Shown here: positions 34,159-43,534 of the stretch, piece after piece
Layout of the letters: every line of letters starts with the position of its first letter
Numbering within the stretch: position 1 is the first letter of the stretch
Source: a virus
Taxonomy: Duplodnaviria > Caudoviricetes
DNA: 53,906 nucleotides
Reading direction: 5' to 3' (one strand)
Virus record (IMG/VR): IMGVR_UViG_3300036850_000179
Span: 1 to 53,906 of that record
Notes under the pieces: generated by a model
The model's input: the letters and a program-made list of their open reading frames with translations, nothing else
Database searches by the model: none
Told to the model about the DNA's origin: nothing
Position numbers and translations under genes: made by a program

Positions 34159-35298
34159 TCAGGTGTCGATGTCGGTGATGACGACGACCGCGTGGGCCTT
34201 CTCGTTCTTCACCTTCAGACCGAACTCGCCGACCATCTGCTCCTTCTCGGTGTCGCCGGTCTTCGCGAGCGGCTCCGAGAACCAGTCGTCGAACACCTCC
34301 AGCCACACGTACTCGTCCTGGATGGCGAGCGCGCGGTTCCGCGGGAAGTGCCGGTTGACCTCCAGGTTCAGCTCGCCGAAGTCCGACTCGTACACCGAAC
34401 GGACCTGGCCGGCGCCGGGGTCGTCCCGGTCGACGCGGACCTTGTCGGTGTTGAGGGAGGAGAACTTCCGCTTGAACAGCGGCGACACCATCAGCCGGCT
34501 CGGGGAGCCGCCGAGGTTGTACGCCGACTGGAGCGCGTCCGCGAGGGCGACCTCGCCGACGGCGAAGTTGGTGCCGGCGGTCGCGGCGGTCGCGACGTTG
34601 GTGGTCACCTGCGCGAGAAACCCGGCGAAGGTGCGCTGCTTCGTCGACGCGCCGCCGACGAGGTTCCGGACGGAGTGGACGAGCGCCCGCTCCAGCCGAA
34701 TCGCGAGTTCCTTCACCTTCCGCGCCTTCGCGCGGGCCAGCGGGTCGGTGATGCCCCACTGCCTCTGCTTCCGGGCCGACCGGGAGGCGTCCACCAGCTC
34801 TTGGAAGATGGCGGTGTAGTTGAACTTCCCGGACGGGTCGCCGTCCCTCGACGCCTGCGGGTCGGCCCCCTCGTAGGGGACCTGGCCGATGATTTCGAGG
34901 ACGACGCCGTTGGAGAGGGTGTCGGGGGTCGTCGACGCCCACATCGTCGCGTTGGTGGTGACCTGGGTCGCCGACGGCACCGCCGTGACCTCCCAGATAC
35001 CGGTCGGGTTCTCGACCAGCCCGGCCGCCGGCACGACCTTCAGCAGGTCGCGGACGCGGATGTTGGACGAGTCGACGACGGGGATGATGTCGGTCGCCTC
35101 GACGCCGGTCGCGGTGACCGTCTGCGTGTCGAGGTCATCCTCCAGCCACTCGTACTTCGTGTTGTCGACGCCTTCCCGCTGGAGGCTGGTCTGGAGCGGC
35201 ACGTCGAACTTGTTCAGCAGCAAGATGACATCGTCCATCGTCTGACGGACGGTGGCGGCTGCCTGGTTGCCGGTGGTGCGTGGTCCCTGGATTGCCAT
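34159..35298 (-). CDS. Major capsid protein (DUF5309/SU10-like)
   Basis: YEWLEDDL, NYTAIFQ, ERAL..., YESDFGEL, LAKTGD, GEFGLKVKNEKAH. Confidence 0.9.
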   Translation of the reverse strand: MAIQGPRTTGNQAAATVRQTMDDVILLLNKFDVPLQTSLQREGVDNTKYEWLEDDLDTQTVTATGVEATDIIPVVDSSNIRVRDLLKVVPAAGLVENPTGIWEVTAVPSATQVTTNATMWASTTPDTLSNGVVLEIIGQVPYEGADPQASRDGDPSGKFNYTAIFQELVDASRSARKQRQWGITDPLARAKARKVKELAIRLERALVHSVRNLVGGASTKQRTFAGFLAQVTTNVATAATAGTNFAVGEVALADALQSAYNLGGSPSRLMVSPLFKRKFSSLNTDKVRVDRDDPGAGQVRSVYESDFGELNLEVNRHFPRNRALAIQDEYVWLEVFDDWFSEPLAKTGDTEKEQMVGEFGLKVKNEKAHAVVVITDIDT

Positions 35299-35317
35299 GA
35301 CGGCGTGGTCTCCGGTC

Positions 35318-36103
35318 TCAGCCGGACTGGTCCGCCTTTCCGCTGCGGTCCCATGAGGAGTACACGGTGCCGCCCGGGACGAGCGTCACGTCCGGGTGTT
35401 GGGCCTTGAAGGCGAGGTAGTCCTGCATCTTCTTCTCCGGGGACTGCCTGGAGTTGAAGATGGCGCGCAGCTCGGCCGCCGGGTCTTCCCCACCCGTTGG
35501 GGTGGGAGACGGCGCGGAGGGCGCCCCACCAGCAACCCGAGGTTCCGGAGTCGCGGCAGGAGCCGCCGGCGCACTTCCGGGCACCGTTGCTGGTGCCGGG
35601 GCGGCCGGCGCACCACCAAGTCGGGTGTTCAGCTTCTCCGCGTCCGCGAGGATGGCCTCGGGCGTGTCGCCTTCGAGCCGGTCCCGGAACGGAGCGACCG
35701 CAGGAAACTTCGCCACCGCCGCGTCAACGGCGCTGGTGTAGCGGTCGAGCACCCGCTCGGTGAACAGCATCTCCACCATCGTCTCCAGGTCGGGCCTGGC
35801 GGCGGGTGGAGCCTGCGGGGTCGGCGCCGGTGCGGGACCTGGCTGGGTCGTCGCTGGCGCCGGCGTTGCCGCCGGCGGCGCTTGCTGGGTCTTCTGGCCG
35901 GTCTGCGGGTCGATACCCGCCGCCCGGAGGAAACCGAGGGCGCGCTGGTGGCTCGCCATGAGGCCGTCGTGTCTGGCCTTCTCCACGAAGCCATCGGGAG
36001 TCGTGCCAGGCTGACCGGCTGGCGGTGCGTCTGCCGCGGGGTTCGCCGTCCCAGGCTGAACCTGGGAAGGGTCCGCGGGAGGGACCGTCGGGTCGGTACT
36101 CAA
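35318..36103 (-). CDS. Capsid scaffolding protein
   Basis: AAGGAG RBS, TTG 36103; P/A/T-rich; LEGDTPEAILADAEKL; precedes the capsid. Confidence 0.75.
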   Translation of the reverse strand: MSTDPTVPPADPSQVQPGTANPAADAPPAGQPGTTPDGFVEKARHDGLMASHQRALGFLRAAGIDPQTGQKTQQAPPAATPAPATTQPGPAPAPTPQAPPAARPDLETMVEMLFTERVLDRYTSAVDAAVAKFPAVAPFRDRLEGDTPEAILADAEKLNTRLGGAPAAPAPATVPGSAPAAPAATPEPRVAGGAPSAPSPTPTGGEDPAAELRAIFNSRQSPEKKMQDYLAFKAQHPDVTLVPGGTVYSSWDRSGKADQSG

Positions 36104-36131
36104 CGTGCACTCCTTTACGTCGTCTGCCCCT

Positions 36132-36157
36132 TCACTATAGCCCGGCAACTGAGGACA
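36132..36157 (-). promoter_or_regulatory. Late promoter (scaffold/capsid operon)
   Basis: TGTCCTCAGTTGCCGGGCTATAGTGA; 22/26 identical to 48455..48480. Confidence 0.75.
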
Positions 36158-36158
36158 A

Positions 36159-39100
36159 CTAGTCCCGAAGTGCAGGTCTGCTCGTCACGCTCGCCGTCTC
36201 CGCGACCAGCGGTCGCATGCCCCACCGGTCGACGAGGACCTTGATGTACGCAGTCTGGTCGGCGAGGTACTGCTTTGCGAGGTCGGGGTAGTCCCCGAGG
36301 GTCTTCGCGACGAGACGGAGGAACTGCTCGTAGCGGCGGTGCCGCTCGTTCGCGAAGTACTCTTGCAGCTCCGGGTGGGACGCCGCGAACGCCTGCTTCG
36401 TCGACGGGTCCTTGATGGTGAAGTACCGCTGCGCCAGGTCGAAGAGCTGCCGCTCCCGCCCGGTCCGCAGCGCGCGCCAGTACGCGACCAGCTCCGGGTG
36501 CTTCTGGAGGAACTCATCCCGCGCGTACGTCGGCAGCTCGGAGAACTGCTCCATCAACGTCGACATCGGGTCCTGCCGTTCCGTCCACAAACCATACCGG
36601 AACATGATGTCCCGGACGACTTCCTGGTACGGCTCCGGCATGTTCGCCATCGGGCCGCGCTGGAGCCACCGGCCTATCTCCGGATGCAGCTCCAGGTACG
36701 ACGCCTTCTTTTTTCCCGACGGCATCTTCAGCCACAGCTCGTACGCCCGCGGCGCCTGCTCGCCCGGCTTCCGCTTCGTGTACTGCGCGAGCTGTGTCCG
36801 CGCAAAGCCTATCTCGATGGCGTCGTTGTAGGTCGCGGCGCCACCCTCGACGGTGTCGTCCCACCGGCCGTACTTCGTCATGATGAACCGGACGATTTCG
36901 GCGACGCCGGGCGGCATGTTGAACATCGGGCCGGCGCGGAACCACGCCTGCAACCGCGGGTGGGTGCGGATGTACTCCGCACGGAGGACAGGGTTGTCGC
37001 CGATTTTCTTCAGCTCGTCCAGCTCCGCCTGCGGCGCGGCCATTCCTTCCCGGCGGGAGTACTGCTTGAACATCTCCAGCGCGAACGCCAGCTCCCCGAA
37101 CCCGTCGCCAAGACGGTGGCCCCATACCTTCCATTCGTACCGCTTCCACCGGGACCAGCGGCCCCGACCGCGGGCGCCTGTCCCGCCGTCGCCGTCGGCC
37201 TGCATGCGCTTCCACTTCTCGATGGTGTCTTTGTCGACCATCCACGAGTCGCGGAGCAGGTCCTTCTGGAAGTTCGTCAGCCAGTCCCACTCCAGCCGGC
37301 CGCGACCGGACGCCTGATTCAGGCGGTCGCGTAGGTCCCGGATGGTCTCCTCCTGGACGTGCGGGGGCATCCACGCGAACCGACGCTCCTCGAAGCCTTC
37401 CTCCGTGTCGAAGCCCATCCGGCGGAAGTCGAGGGGGCTGCCGGCGCGGCCCATCTCCTCCCAGTTGCGATATGCCCGCATGAGGCGTATCTCGTCGTGG
37501 ACATCGTGGAGGATGGGGACGGTGTTGTAGAGCGAGTCGTTCAGGGCTTTCTTCTGCGCGTACAGCGCGGTCCGCTGCGAGGTAAGCTGCTTGATTTGGG
37601 CGCCGAGGCCATCCACCCAGACGTGGTTCGCTTTCGCCCACTCCAACTTCTCAAACAGCTTCGACAGCTTCGCGTTGACGGCGTCGAGCTGGCCATTCAA
37701 ATGGCCCAGCCGGGAGCCGACGTTGTCTTTCCGCTCCTCCCAGTACGTCTTCGCGGCCAGCTCGCCGTCGCGGTACGCCGGGTTCTTGCTGCCCAGCTCC
37801 TCGTGGTACTTGTCGTAGGTCTCCCGGCGGATGCCGTAGTACTTCCAGAACTCGTCGAGGTCGTCGGTCAGCCGCATCTGGTTCTCGACCCATTTGATAG
37901 CCTCGGCGGGGGTCAGCTTCTCCCGGGCGAATGTCTCCGCGTCCATGCCCTTCGTCTCGCGCCACAGCTCGTCTATCTGGTCGAAGGTGCGCGCCTCCGC
38001 CCACAGGTTCTTGTGCCGCAACCCGGCGCGCCAGTCAGCCGTGTAACCGTCGAACTTCGCCTGGGAGACGTTGTTGCCGACCCGCCACGCCTCCAGCTCA
38101 ACACGCCGGTCGCCGGCGGGCAGCGACATGATGGCGTCGAACTCGATGTCGCGGTCGTACAGCTCCTTCATCTTCGCCCACGCCGGCTCGTCGGACCACT
38201 TCCGCTCCCACTCCCGGATGGCGTCGACACGCTCGTACGGGTCGAGCAGGTCACCGATGGCGCGCCGCTCCGTGAACATCTCCCCGAGCTTTGCCGCGTC
38301 GTCGAGGACTTTCCGGTAGGCGGCCGGGTCCATAACCGAACGGGAGCCGACGAACGCAGCCCACTCCTCCTCGCTGGTGAGGTCACGCCAGTCCTCGACG
38401 GACAAGTTCACCAGCAGCGCCTTCGCGCGGTCGGGGTTGTCGGCCTTCAGCCGGTTCCACCAGTCTTTCCCGTACCGCTTCTGGTAGTCACCGACATCCT
38501 TCGCGAAGTCGTACCGGTTGACGTACGGGACGAGTTCCGGATGGTTGGTGAGGAGCATTCCCCACTGCACCTCACCGTCGCGGGTGTACCGGTCTATCTG
38601 CCGCTGGAACTCCAGTTGCCCGGCGTAGGTCTGCTGACTGGCGGCGGGGATGAACAGACCGAAGAAGAACTTCAGGGCGAAGGCGCCGCGGAGGGCCTGC
38701 TCAACCTCCTCCGCGGTCGGTGTGCGACCGAGGCGGAAGTACAGCTCCCGGACCATCTTGTCGGCGAGGACGTTGTTCTCCCGCGTCGACCAGCCACCTC
38801 CCACGAGCGCGCCGAGGAGATACCTGGCTTCGGGCCGGCCGATGACGGCGGTGAGGAGCTGCTCCGGTTCCAGTTCATGCGGCCGGACGCCGAGCGGCGG
38901 GCCGGCAGGGAACAACCACCGGCGCAGCATGCTCTTATGCGGGTACAGTTCCGGATGGGTCGACAGCGCGACCGCCATCCCCGAGCTGTACCACGGGCCG
39001 CCGGGGGTCGGGATGAACGCGCCGGCGACGTACTGGAGGAACAGGTTGTCGCCGATTCTGGCAGCCTCCAACGGCAGCGTCATGAAGATGTCCCGTAGTT

Positions 39101-42100
39101 TGAACGACAGCTCCAGGTCTTCCAGCGCGCGGCCGTAGCCGACTTCCTTCGCGGCGGCGTCGAACGGCACCCAGTCCGGCGCGATGTCCGCGTACCAGCG
39201 GGCGACACCCTCTACCGCCTCCGGTATCTTCAGGCGGACGCGCCACTCCCCGAAGTCGTCCTGCACCAGCGGGCTGTTCTCCGCGTGGGTGCCCTGCGAG
39301 AACAGACGGGCGTAGCGGATGTACGTCGCCGCGGCGGCGGCGGGACGCTCCCGCAGAAGACGACCGGCGACCCGGAGCTGCTCCTCCCGTGCTGACTGGA
39401 ATGGGAAGATGAGTTCCATCTTCTGCGCGAACACGGAGCGCTGACCGGCGTCGTACATGATTTGGTTGGTCCGCCGGACAGCGTGGAGGTTCGCGAGCCG
39501 CGACGCCTCCGGGTACGGCACACCAGAAGCGGTGAGGGCGCGCAGCTCCCGCTGGTATTCGATGAACGCGAACGGCTGCCGGGTCAGGCCGGTCGTGCCC
39601 GACTCGAACGTCATCCGCTCCAGCGACTTCCACGGGTGCTTCACGACATCCAGCGGGCCGCCTATCTGCGGACGGCCGTACACCGCGATAGGGAGGTCGC
39701 CCGGGGCGAGCGCGCGCACCTCCGCTAGCGAGATGAGGCCGCCGAGGCGGCGCTGCGCGACTTCGTCGCTGCGGACGATGGACCGTGCCCATTCGGTGAA
39801 CGCTTGGACGACTTCCTCCGCGTCTTTCGCGCCGTTCATGCTGCGGTACATCGCGAGGTACGGGCGCCCTTCGGCGCTGCGGAGCCACTCGACCGCGTTC
39901 CGGTACGCGATGTCCCACTCGTCGGTGCCTTCCCGCCACAGCACCCCGAGCATGTAATGCGCGACCGACTCCGAGTCGGGGTTGACCTGTCGGTTCAACA
40001 GGTGCCACAAGTTCTCCTCGAACCCGGCTTCGCCCTGCTCGATGACTTGGGTGTCGCCGCCTCGCGCCCAATGCTTGTACGCGAAGTAGTCGGGGACTTC
40101 CTCCAGTCCGATGCCGGACCAGGAGCCGAAACCTTCCCGTTCGACCGCCATCATGTGGTCGCTCGCGCGCCGCGCGGTCGCTCCGATAGCGAACGCCGGC
40201 CCCATTCCCTGCGCGACCTGCGCGCGGGTCTTCTCCTCTAAGGTGATGCGGAGGACGTACCGCGGGGCGGCGAGGGTCAACACCGACCACTTCCACAGCC
40301 GGTGGACGGGCCATAGCACCGATGAGGCGGCGGCCATCGCCCAGGTCGTTGCGTACCCGCTGGTGACGGCTGCGCCGATGGTGTTGCGGCCTTCGTCGAG
40401 GGCGCGCCGGAGCTGGATGGCGTGCGACCACGCCTTCAGCATCTCCGGGTCGACGAGGCCGACGAAGTTCGCCGACTGGGTGAGCGCCTGCGGCGACGTG
40501 ACCGCCTCCAGGACATCCTCGCCGTCCTTGTCGACCTTCACGATGGCGCCGTATACCTTCTCGTCGCCCGGTTTCGCGGGGCCGGTGCCCTTGCTGGTGT
40601 ACTCCATCCCGGAGCGGCCGTACCGGAAGTCCCGTTTCGCGGCCGGACCGACACGGAACGGGCCTATCTCCACCATCCCCCACTTTGGGGCGTTCTGGCG
40701 GAGCCATTCCCGGAACCCGTCGCGGTGGAGGGCCATCAGCTCGTTCACTTCGGCGACGGTGTGGCCGCGGCGGAAGGCGTACTGCTCCACGAGCCCGTCG
40801 ATGACGGCCTGGATGTCCTCAACACGTTTGCCGGGGTCGATGCCGGCCTGGTACACCCGCCACGCCGCCTCGCCGGCTTCCGCCTCCGACGCGCCAAGGT
40901 AGCGGGCATAGTCGGTCATCAGCTTCGCGGTCGTCTCGACGTTCTCGATGGACGCTGTCAGCTTCGTCGGGTACATATCGAACGGGGCCAGGAGCACCTT
41001 CGCGAGGCGCTGCCGCCCCCGCCCCGCCAGCCCGCGCATCTGGTCGGGTCCTATCTGGAATCGCTGCATCTCCCGGTACGCTGCAACATCCCGCAAGAAC
41101 GCCTGCTCGGCGAGGTCGTACGCCTCCTGCGGCGTCCGCAGCGCGACCGCGACATCCTTCTCCAGTTGCGCGAACCGCTGGTGCAACTCCTGGGACAGCT
41201 TCACCCGCCCGAACCGCTCCATCACCGCAGTCACGTCGTTGACGGCCTGCGCCCACTTCGCGTACATCGGGGTACCGAACGTCTTGAACGCCGACGCCGT
41301 CCGGAGGTCCCGCAATGCTTTCAGCCAGTCCGGGTCCTGACCGAACAACGCCTGCTGTGCCGGCGTCATCCTCGCGGCGATGTCATCGATTTCCTGCTGG
41401 TACGCCGCCCGGACACCTTCGAGCCGGCGGATGAGCGCGTCGCGCATCGCCGAGGGCGGCAGCAGGCCGATGTACGTCGCGGCGTTGACCTGCCGGACGG
41501 CCATCTCATGGACGGCCTTCCCGGGCTTCAGTTTCGGCGCGCCCGCCTTCGTGACCCCGACCTGGACGCGGGATATCTGGTCGAGGGCGGCCTTCAGGTC
41601 CTTATAGTCGGGGTCCTCAGCAAACCGGCGGAGATATGGCGCGATGTTGCGGAGGGTCGGGTCGTCGGCAAGACGCCGCCCGAGGTATGCCCGCCGTTCC
41701 GTCCCGCGTAGCGTCCGACGCATATGGTGGGACAGCGCGTAGGTGTGCGCGGAGCGAGTCCACAGCGGCATCTGCTGGAGGACTTCCTGGATACCGTCGA
41801 CGGTCCCGAGATGAGACATCAGCGCGACCTGACCGACGCCCTGAGCGACACGGGTCGGGAGGGAGATGAGTGGCTTCCACTCCCGCCCGAGCGCGAACGT
41901 CAGCAACGCCGCGAGCTTCTGCTCGTCGAGCGGTCCGTCGCCGAGCTGCTGCGCGAGCGTACGGGCTTCATTCTGTGCCTTCTCCGCGGCGGCCTGGTTC
42001 GGGCCGCGCCGCGGTCGGGCGTTGATGTAGCGAGCGAGGTACTCCCGCGCCTTCCCGCCGGTCGGGTCGGTCAGCGCGGAAACTAGCTTGCTTTCCTGCG

Positions 42101-43523
42101 CGGCAGCATTATCGAGGCCGCGAACGGTCTTCAGCAGCAGTGACACGTCCCGGTTCGCGCCGGCACGGGCCGCCTGTGTCGCAGCCTTCCCGATGATGGC
42201 GCGCCCCGCGGCGGTGGAGGCGAACCGTTCCGCCTTCGCGGCGTCGCTGATGATGAGCAGCGGCCGGACGCCCTTGCCGAGGACGAGGGTGGGGTCGAAG
42301 AGGAGCTGGTAGGAGAAGTCTCCGACCCGCGAGATGACGGAACCTTCGTAGGACGACTGGCCGTAGCCGGCTTCCGGGCGGCCGGCGGACAGCAGGAATG
42401 CCCGCCGTAGCCGCTCTGTACGGCGTGTAGCGTAGTCCTCTAGTGCACGGCCGGTCAATCCCTGTTGACGGCCGAGTTCACGGGCCGCCTTCATGGTGTG
42501 CTCGCGGCCCATCAGGTCACGTGCGAACCGCTGGCCGAACGACTCCATCTGACGGGTCAGGGCGAGCTGGTCCCGTTCCGCCCGGTCGTCGGTCGCCTCA
42601 GCGATGGTGCGGGCGAACGTCCCTTCCGGGAGCAGCCCCGCGGTCCGGGTCGCCGATGCGGCGCCAGCGAATACCGCCTCGCCGAACGCTCCGAGAGTCT
42701 CGTCGAACGCTTCGCGCGCCTCCCGGAACGCGACGCCGGGGACGAACAGCCGCTCGAAGATGCTCGGTCCGCCGCCGGTTTCCCGCCGGAGGTCCTGCGC
42801 GGTCTGAAGGTCGAGGCTGCGCTGGAAAGCGTACCCGAACCGGCTGGGGAACTCCAGCAGCGTCCGCGCGGGGGCGGTGTCCAACCCAGCCAGCCGCACG
42901 CCGGCCTCCAGGGCGGTTCCCGCCGCCGACTTCACCCGCCCGAGGAACGTGTGCGCCTCCGCCGCCTGGCGGGCCTGCGCTGCCGCCAGCGCCGCACTCT
43001 CCCGCGCCTGGCCGGTCTCCAGCTCCCCGAGGGTCTTCACGCGCTTCGCGGCAGCCTCCGCCTGCTCGCGGAAGATGCCCGACTCGCCGGTGAACCCGGC
43101 GATGAACCGGGCGATGGACGCCTCACGGGTGAGGGCGTCCTCGCCGCGCATCGCGCGCTGGATGCCCTGGAGCCCGCGCTGAAACGCCGCCTGGTCGCGG
43201 GCGACCTTCCGCTGGTACTCCGCGACCGCCGCGGCGGCACCCTTCGTCTGAAGTGTCACGCCCCTCTGGCGGGACAGATAGACGTAGGAGTGGTACGCGC
43301 GGGAGGTCTGCGGACCCCACTTCCCGTCGACGGCGACGTTGAAGCCGGCAGCGCGGAGGAGCCGCTGGAGGTCACGGACGTACGCCGGGTCGCGCGTGAG
43401 GCGGGCCTGCTGCTGCGGGATGGTCTCGAACTGGCCGGGGAGCCGGTTGTAGCGGGTCGGGAACCGACGCTTGATTTGCGTCGGTGTACCCGCCCGGCCA
43501 CCTACCCCTGGGACAGGAGGCAA
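36159..43523 (-). CDS. 2454-aa internal virion / DNA-ejection-type protein with N-terminal peptidoglycan-binding domain
   Basis: VRDLQRLL...GF.V.VDGKWGPQT (PG_binding_1-like); FDPT and TNQIMYD...LIFPF motifs; duplicated C-terminal domain. Confidence 0.7.
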   Translation of the reverse strand: MPPVPGVGGRAGTPTQIKRRFPTRYNRLPGQFETIPQQQARLTRDPAYVRDLQRLLRAAGFNVAVDGKWGPQTSRAYHSYVYLSRQRGVTLQTKGAAAAVAEYQRKVARDQAAFQRGLQGIQRAMRGEDALTREASIARFIAGFTGESGIFREQAEAAAKRVKTLGELETGQARESAALAAAQARQAAEAHTFLGRVKSAAGTALEAGVRLAGLDTAPARTLLEFPSRFGYAFQRSLDLQTAQDLRRETGGGPSIFERLFVPGVAFREAREAFDETLGAFGEAVFAGAASATRTAGLLPEGTFARTIAEATDDRAERDQLALTRQMESFGQRFARDLMGREHTMKAARELGRQQGLTGRALEDYATRRTERLRRAFLLSAGRPEAGYGQSSYEGSVISRVGDFSYQLLFDPTLVLGKGVRPLLIISDAAKAERFASTAAGRAIIGKAATQAARAGANRDVSLLLKTVRGLDNAAAQESKLVSALTDPTGGKAREYLARYINARPRRGPNQAAAEKAQNEARTLAQQLGDGPLDEQKLAALLTFALGREWKPLISLPTRVAQGVGQVALMSHLGTVDGIQEVLQQMPLWTRSAHTYALSHHMRRTLRGTERRAYLGRRLADDPTLRNIAPYLRRFAEDPDYKDLKAALDQISRVQVGVTKAGAPKLKPGKAVHEMAVRQVNAATYIGLLPPSAMRDALIRRLEGVRAAYQQEIDDIAARMTPAQQALFGQDPDWLKALRDLRTASAFKTFGTPMYAKWAQAVNDVTAVMERFGRVKLSQELHQRFAQLEKDVAVALRTPQEAYDLAEQAFLRDVAAYREMQRFQIGPDQMRGLAGRGRQRLAKVLLAPFDMYPTKLTASIENVETTAKLMTDYARYLGASEAEAGEAAWRVYQAGIDPGKRVEDIQAVIDGLVEQYAFRRGHTVAEVNELMALHRDGFREWLRQNAPKWGMVEIGPFRVGPAAKRDFRYGRSGMEYTSKGTGPAKPGDEKVYGAIVKVDKDGEDVLEAVTSPQALTQSANFVGLVDPEMLKAWSHAIQLRRALDEGRNTIGAAVTSGYATTWAMAAASSVLWPVHRLWKWSVLTLAAPRYVLRITLEEKTRAQVAQGMGPAFAIGATARRASDHMMAVEREGFGSWSGIGLEEVPDYFAYKHWARGGDTQVIEQGEAGFEENLWHLLNRQVNPDSESVAHYMLGVLWREGTDEWDIAYRNAVEWLRSAEGRPYLAMYRSMNGAKDAEEVVQAFTEWARSIVRSDEVAQRRLGGLISLAEVRALAPGDLPIAVYGRPQIGGPLDVVKHPWKSLERMTFESGTTGLTRQPFAFIEYQRELRALTASGVPYPEASRLANLHAVRRTNQIMYDAGQRSVFAQKMELIFPFQSAREEQLRVAGRLLRERPAAAAATYIRYARLFSQGTHAENSPLVQDDFGEWRVRLKIPEAVEGVARWYADIAPDWVPFDAAAKEVGYGRALEDLELSFKLRDIFMTLPLEAARIGDNLFLQYVAGAFIPTPGGPWYSSGMAVALSTHPELYPHKSMLRRWLFPAGPPLGVRPHELEPEQLLTAVIGRPEARYLLGALVGGGWSTRENNVLADKMVRELYFRLGRTPTAEEVEQALRGAFALKFFFGLFIPAASQQTYAGQLEFQRQIDRYTRDGEVQWGMLLTNHPELVPYVNRYDFAKDVGDYQKRYGKDWWNRLKADNPDRAKALLVNLSVEDWRDLTSEEEWAAFVGSRSVMDPAAYRKVLDDAAKLGEMFTERRAIGDLLDPYERVDAIREWERKWSDEPAWAKMKELYDRDIEFDAIMSLPAGDRRVELEAWRVGNNVSQAKFDGYTADWRAGLRHKNLWAEARTFDQIDELWRETKGMDAETFAREKLTPAEAIKWVENQMRLTDDLDEFWKYYGIRRETYDKYHEELGSKNPAYRDGELAAKTYWEERKDNVGSRLGHLNGQLDAVNAKLSKLFEKLEWAKANHVWVDGLGAQIKQLTSQRTALYAQKKALNDSLYNTVPILHDVHDEIRLMRAYRNWEEMGRAGSPLDFRRMGFDTEEGFEERRFAWMPPHVQEETIRDLRDRLNQASGRGRLEWDWLTNFQKDLLRDSWMVDKDTIEKWKRMQADGDGGTGARGRGRWSRWKRYEWKVWGHRLGDGFGELAFALEMFKQYSRREGMAAPQAELDELKKIGDNPVLRAEYIRTHPRLQAWFRAGPMFNMPPGVAEIVRFIMTKYGRWDDTVEGGAATYNDAIEIGFARTQLAQYTKRKPGEQAPRAYELWLKMPSGKKKASYLELHPEIGRWLQRGPMANMPEPYQEVVRDIMFRYGLWTERQDPMSTLMEQFSELPTYARDEFLQKHPELVAYWRALRTGRERQLFDLAQRYFTIKDPSTKQAFAASHPELQEYFANERHRRYEQFLRLVAKTLGDYPDLAKQYLADQTAYIKVLVDRWGMRPLVAETASVTSRPALRD

Positions 43524-43534
43524 AGTTCACCTAC

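Noticed and set aside
33827-34942. Programmed -1 frameshift fusing the capsid to the Acb2-like protein
   Set aside because: The -1 frame is open, but I see no slippery heptamer near the capsid end, the small gene has its own RBS, and open shadow frames are common at this GC
36159-43523. Giant protein as a virion RNA polymerase
   Set aside because: No DxDGD or T7/N4-type catalytic motifs found by eye; not fully excluded without a structure search
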